Shown piece by piece: positions 60,024 to 64,000 of a stretch of 64,000 nucleotides of DNA. Position 1 is the first letter of the stretch. Each line of letters begins with the position of its first letter. The notes beneath the pieces were generated by a model that worked only from the letters and a program-made list of their open reading frames with translations, was not told the origin of the DNA and ran no database searches. The stretch is from Fibrobacter sp. UBA7003 (GTDB taxonomy: Bacteria; Fibrobacterota; Fibrobacteria; Fibrobacterales; Fibrobacteraceae): NCBI RefSeq assembly GCF_002449765.1, contig NZ_DJXN01000008.1. The stretch is one strand, 5' to 3'. The translations under genes and the position numbers were made by a program.

Positions 60024-61523
60024 ATGGACAAACGATACATTAATAGATTTGGAGATTTCTATCGCCATAGGGCATCCCTAGTTTGGTGCATGGGCTCTTT
60101 GGCATATTGCTTTGAGAAAAAAAAGGAATTGCTTAGCGTTCCTGAAAATCTTTGGTCAGCCATTCTTTATCAGATTTCAGATTGTGTCATTGATTTGTAT
60201 CAGTTCGATTTGGCAATGGAAGAACGCATCAATAATATGGAACGATACTTTAACGATGGCCGAGATGTTGTTAATGATCTTGTTCAGAATGACTCGGAAC
60301 TTAAGGTTAAAACAGATGCGCTATACGAATATTTGTGGAATGTAAGAGGGTTTACATATGAAATTATAGATTTACACGGAATCCCTTATACAGATAGGCT
60401 CTCCACAGAAGAACAAGTAGAATTTGAAAATACTTTTTGGAAAAAGGCAACCCCAAAATTCAAGAAAGCCCATAAGGCCTATCGTGATTTGCTCGCGATA
60501 ATGGATGATCGGGTTTACAAGATAAGGAAAAGTCTTGTAAAAGACAAAGTCCCTATATCCTTGCCGCATACGCCGGAAAGTGCCATGTTGCCCGAAGAAA
60601 AGGCTTTTTACCACCAGGCCAAGGCGATTTGGGATAAGGAAGAATACATTGATATCGAAGAAAATGTAAACTACCTGTGGGTTTATGTTCAGGAACTTCT
60701 TGCCAAAAGACAATCGGCGACATTCGAGTTCTTAAAAGGGATTCTCATGCGTCTTTGCGAACGCTACTATACGGAGGAAACGTTCTTCATATCGTGTGGG
60801 CCTTATATTGAGGATTTGGCCCTTGAACGTGGTGATGTCAAGTGCTATTTGGACTGGTCAGAAATGCAACGTGTCTATGGACATTGTTCATTAGAAAGTG
60901 AATCGCGGGTGGGTGTCGCCATGCGCGAAAATATTCCGCTCCATCCGATGGATATCATAATGGCTACGGGTGGTTATTATTCCAAGTTCATTCGCGATAA
61001 CTATGCCCTATACAAGTTCTGCCTTTATCAAAAGTTCTCTGAATATGACAATGCGAAGGGCTGGTATAATCTACTCAAGAAACTTCCGAAGGCAGGACAT
61101 ATAAATGCGGTTCAGTGCTATTTGGGCTTGCCTGGTGTCGTATGCGAGTCGAAAGTTTACAATCTGTTTGACGCTTCGGCGGAGCCTGTCTGTAAAACAA
61201 TAGTTTCTGTTTGCCAAGATGCCGAAAAGATGGCTATTGAAATGAAATCAAACGGTGACTCATGGGAAATAGAGCGTCACGAGCGGATATTTGAGTACTT
61301 AAAGGGATATCTTCCTCAGTTAAAGATGTTCCTAGAAGCAAGGCCGCTGTTTGCGAATGGTGAAGTTATTCCCATCTACATTCCTTATAGGGATATAGCG
61401 ATTTGCCGTGCCGGTGTGGAATCTAAATGCGATGCGGCCGAGATCCAAAGACGGAATATCCGGTTTGTGAACATCGATTCTGAACCCAATCAGGTTGTCG
61501 AAGAAATAAAAAGTCTCTTGTAG
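60024..61523 (+). CDS. 499-aa protein of unknown function (weak TerB-N-like and endonuclease-fold-like hints)
   Basis: Long AT-rich ORF with coding periodicity. Segment EKAFYHQAKAIWDKEEYIDIEENVNYLWVYVQELL and C-terminal segment IPIYIPYRDIAICRAG ... RRNIRFVNID. No confident family. Confidence 0.6.
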   Translation: MDKRYINRFGDFYRHRASLVWCMGSLAYCFEKKKELLSVPENLWSAILYQISDCVIDLYQFDLAMEERINNMERYFNDGRDVVNDLVQNDSELKVKTDALYEYLWNVRGFTYEIIDLHGIPYTDRLSTEEQVEFENTFWKKATPKFKKAHKAYRDLLAIMDDRVYKIRKSLVKDKVPISLPHTPESAMLPEEKAFYHQAKAIWDKEEYIDIEENVNYLWVYVQELLAKRQSATFEFLKGILMRLCERYYTEETFFISCGPYIEDLALERGDVKCYLDWSEMQRVYGHCSLESESRVGVAMRENIPLHPMDIIMATGGYYSKFIRDNYALYKFCLYQKFSEYDNAKGWYNLLKKLPKAGHINAVQCYLGLPGVVCESKVYNLFDASAEPVCKTIVSVCQDAEKMAIEMKSNGDSWEIERHERIFEYLKGYLPQLKMFLEARPLFANGEVIPIYIPYRDIAICRAGVESKCDAAEIQRRNIRFVNIDSEPNQVVEEIKSLL

Positions 61524-61561
61524 CCCGTAGGGCTGTTTCGGCTAAGCCATATATTTGCGTT

Positions 61562-61586
61562 AACCGGCCCCTTAGGGTCGGTTTTT
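61562..61586 (+). terminator. rho-independent terminator after the 499-aa gene
   Basis: AACCGGCCC, loop CTTA, GGGTCGGTT (one G-U pair), then TTTTT. Confidence 0.5.
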
Positions 61587-61889
61587 GCAATATTTGCCAT
61601 TCCAATAATCTATATTGCACGATAAATAGCCCCGTACCGAATGGTTCGGAGCGACCGGAATTTTTGAGTATTTGCTCTAATCTCTGTTTCGAAATCTAGC
61701 AGTTTCACAACTTACGAGAATAGGGCAGACTGCTCACGTCCCAATTGGGGCGTGGGTTGTTTGCAGTTATTGGTAAGTTGGGCTTTGCTAGAGCCTCGAA
61801 ACACAGTAACTTGCAGGCAACTTCGCGCCCTTTTTTTATTGGGTAAATCGTAAGTCAAGTAGAGCGGATCTCGCAACGTTGGAGCCGCC

Positions 61890-64000
61890 ATGGCCGATTT
61901 GGACAAGAGCAAGATTCAAGCCGTCGCACAATACATCGACGAGGTTTCCAAGCAGTTTTCTACGGGCAAGGCGACCGAACACAGTTACCGCCCAGCACTT
62001 GCGAAACTGCTTGGCGACTTGCTCCCCAAATTCACCATCACGAACGAGCCCAGCCGAATCCAGTGCGGAGCGCCGGATTACATTATCGCGAAAGGGAAAG
62101 GAGCAACATCGATTCCTGTTGCCTTCGTAGAGGCTAAAGACATTGGCGATAGTGACCTGGATGGCAACCGCCAGCACAAGGAACAGTTCAACCGCTATAA
62201 GAACTCGCTAGACCATATCCTTTTCACGGATTACCTTGATTTTCATCTTTATGAAAACGGTGAATTTGTCAATAGCATCCGAATCGCAGAAATCAAAGGA
62301 AATAAGATTGCGCTGATAGACACCAATGTCCCGATGTTTTTGGAAATGGTGGCGCATCTCGCGGAATCAATGCCGCAGAAGATAACGAGTTCTACGAAAT
62401 TAGCGCAGATGATGGCCGCCAAGGCGCGCCTCCTTGCCGAAGTGATTGAGAAGACTCTCGAAACTGATAGCGAAAAGACAGGTGAGTTGGCGGGACAATG
62501 GAAATCTTTCCAGAAAGTGTTGATTCACGATTTGACGGAACGGCAATTTGCCGATATTTACGCACAGACAATCTGCTATGGAATGTTTGCAGCAAGGCTC
62601 CATGACGATACTCCCGACACTTTCAGTCGAGAAGAAGCGGCTACACTCATTCCCAAGACAAATCCGTTCTTGCGCAAAGTTTTCCAGAATGTTGCCGCAT
62701 TCGATGTAGATACAAGCATCGCATGGATTGTTGATGACCTGGCAGAAACATTCCGGGTGACGGACATGCCGAAGGTCATGAAAAATTTTGGAAAGGCTAC
62801 TGGTCAGGCCGATCCGATGATTCACTTCTATGAAGATTTTCTGCGCTATTACGACCCTAAGCAGAAAAAGGCTTGCGGTGTTTACTACACGCCCGAACCC
62901 GTTGTTCACTTTATCGTCAATGCTGTCGATGAAATTTTGAAATCCAGCTTCAATTTGAGTGATGGTCTCGCCGACACAAGCAAGGTGACGATTCGACAAA
63001 CTTCGAACCTGTATACGGACAATCGCACCAAAGACCACAAGAAATACGAAACGCGAGAATACCATAAGGTTCAAATTCTCGACCCTGCAACAGGAACGGG
63101 AACATTCCTTGCCGAAGTGGTCCGTAAGATATATTCTGGCATGGAAAACCAGAAGGGAGCTTGGCAAAACTATGTAGAAGAGCATTTACTCCTACGCTTG
63201 AACGGTTTTGAATTCATGATGGCTCCATACGCCGTTGCGCACTTGAAATTAGATATGGTGCTGGCGCAGACGGGTTACAAGGCAAAGCAGGACAAGAGAC
63301 TCCGCATATTCCTTACCAATTCCCTCGAAGAATGTGACCATGACACGGGAACGCTGTTTGCACAATGGCTTGCGCAAGAAGCGAGCGAGGCGAACCTTGT
63401 CAAGCGCGATACTCCCGTGATGGTGATGATTGGCAACCCGCCGTATAGCGTGAGCAGTAGCAATAAAGGCGCTTGGATTCAGGAATTATCGGAAACCTAC
63501 AAGAAAAATTTAAACGAGAAAAATATCCAGCCGCTTTCGGATGATTATATCAAATTCATTCGATTAGGCCATTACTATGTAGAAAAGAATGGCGAAGGAA
63601 TTCTCGCATATATTTCAAACAACAGTTTTATAGATGGAATCATCCACCGACAAATGCGAAAAGCATTGATGGAAACTTTTGATGAAATCTACATTCTTGA
63701 TTTGCATGGAAACACAAGAAAAAAAGAAACCGCTTTTGATGGTGGCAAAGATGAAAATGTTTTCGACATCATGCAAGGCGTAAGCATTAACATCTTTGTT
63801 AAGAAAAAACAGGGCGTCATCCTGAGCGAAGCTCGTAAGGGCGAAGTCGAAGGATTTCTAGCCCGCGTTTATCACTATGAACTCTTCGGCAAACGTTTTG
63901 AAAAGTACGCTTTTCTGGCTAAAACATCATTCAGCGATATTCCTTGGAAAGAACTCTCTCCGCAAGCACCACAATATTTCTTTGTCCCTAAAGATTTTTC
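61890..64000 (+). CDS. Type IIG-like restriction-modification enzyme: N-terminal PD-(D/E)xK nuclease fused to a gamma-class N6-adenine DNA methyltransferase (3' end outside window)
   Basis: I translated this frame codon by codon from ATG 61890 (GGAG SD) to nt 64000 and found no stop. It is absent from the supplied ORF track. Motifs: GAPDYII ... VAFVEAKD (PD ... ExK), GVYYTPEPVVHFIV, ILDPATGTGTFL (SAM motif I) and MIGNPPYSV (motif IV). Confidence 0.8.
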   Translation, partial: MADLDKSKIQAVAQYIDEVSKQFSTGKATEHSYRPALAKLLGDLLPKFTITNEPSRIQCGAPDYIIAKGKGATSIPVAFVEAKDIGDSDLDGNRQHKEQFNRYKNSLDHILFTDYLDFHLYENGEFVNSIRIAEIKGNKIALIDTNVPMFLEMVAHLAESMPQKITSSTKLAQMMAAKARLLAEVIEKTLETDSEKTGELAGQWKSFQKVLIHDLTERQFADIYAQTICYGMFAARLHDDTPDTFSREEAATLIPKTNPFLRKVFQNVAAFDVDTSIAWIVDDLAETFRVTDMPKVMKNFGKATGQADPMIHFYEDFLRYYDPKQKKACGVYYTPEPVVHFIVNAVDEILKSSFNLSDGLADTSKVTIRQTSNLYTDNRTKDHKKYETREYHKVQILDPATGTGTFLAEVVRKIYSGMENQKGAWQNYVEEHLLLRLNGFEFMMAPYAVAHLKLDMVLAQTGYKAKQDKRLRIFLTNSLEECDHDTGTLFAQWLAQEASEANLVKRDTPVMVMIGNPPYSVSSSNKGAWIQELSETYKKNLNEKNIQPLSDDYIKFIRLGHYYVEKNGEGILAYISNNSFIDGIIHRQMRKALMETFDEIYILDLHGNTRKKETAFDGGKDENVFDIMQGVSINIFVKKKQGVILSEARKGEVEGFLARVYHYELFGKRFEKYAFLAKTSFSDIPWKELSPQAPQYFFVPKDF

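Noticed and set aside
61587-61889. Short hairpins (CCGAA-TGG-TTCGG around 61637, CACGTCCC-AATT-GGGGCGTG around 61735) considered as a tRNA fragment, att site or small RNA upstream of the R-M gene.
   Set aside because: No cloverleaf, T-loop consensus or matching repeat was seen elsewhere in the window, so there is not enough to call a feature.
62400-63185. 261-aa minus-strand ORF and neighbouring minus-strand ORFs in the last 2 kb.
   Set aside because: They are antisense to the uninterrupted 703-codon plus-strand frame, which carries clear nuclease and methyltransferase motifs.

Overview
The window is a GC-rich chromosomal segment that looks like Fibrobacter, probably F. succinogenes or a close relative. 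The lineage call rests on recalled family signatures only. These are two TIGR02147-type proteins, two lipoproteins carrying the Fibrobacter succinogenes major paralogous domain (GQTWMAENLNY ... CPDGWHLP), and one roughly 900-aa lipoprotein resembling family TIGR02171. Housekeeping genes are lpxK, aroC, a rubrerythrin/Fur-family pair, trkA/trkH, rsmA, metY and moxR. Between them sit four accessory blocks.

(1) At 10.6-24.0 kb, a TIGR02147 gene and a lipoprotein gene are followed by two tandem giant GLUG-repeat surface proteins of 1690 and 1934 aa.

(2) At 38.1-40.7 kb, a 2.4-kb insertion carries a Vat-type streptogramin acetyltransferase. It is bracketed by diverged 119-bp copies of the moxR 3' end and contains three 40-bp inverted-repeat units.

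(3) At 43.6-57.4 kb, a pectin/rhamnogalacturonan cluster holds two PL11 genes, one GH43 and one PL1. It is again headed by a TIGR02147 gene plus a lipoprotein gene, and its enzymes end in T9SS-type C-terminal domains.

(4) From 57.4 kb to the window edge lies a low-GC island. It holds a KilA-N gene, a SIMPL gene, a one-gene cassette flanked by perfect 28-bp direct repeats, and a membrane-protein plus 499-aa ORFan pair. It ends with a long nuclease-methylase (Type IIG-like) ORF that runs off the window and is missing from the supplied ORF track.

The ORFan pair and the repeated TIGR02147-lipoprotein-cargo module are my best candidates for undescribed biology. I saw no rRNA, tRNA or CRISPR array. 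All family assignments are motif-level calls made by eye, and no searches were run.
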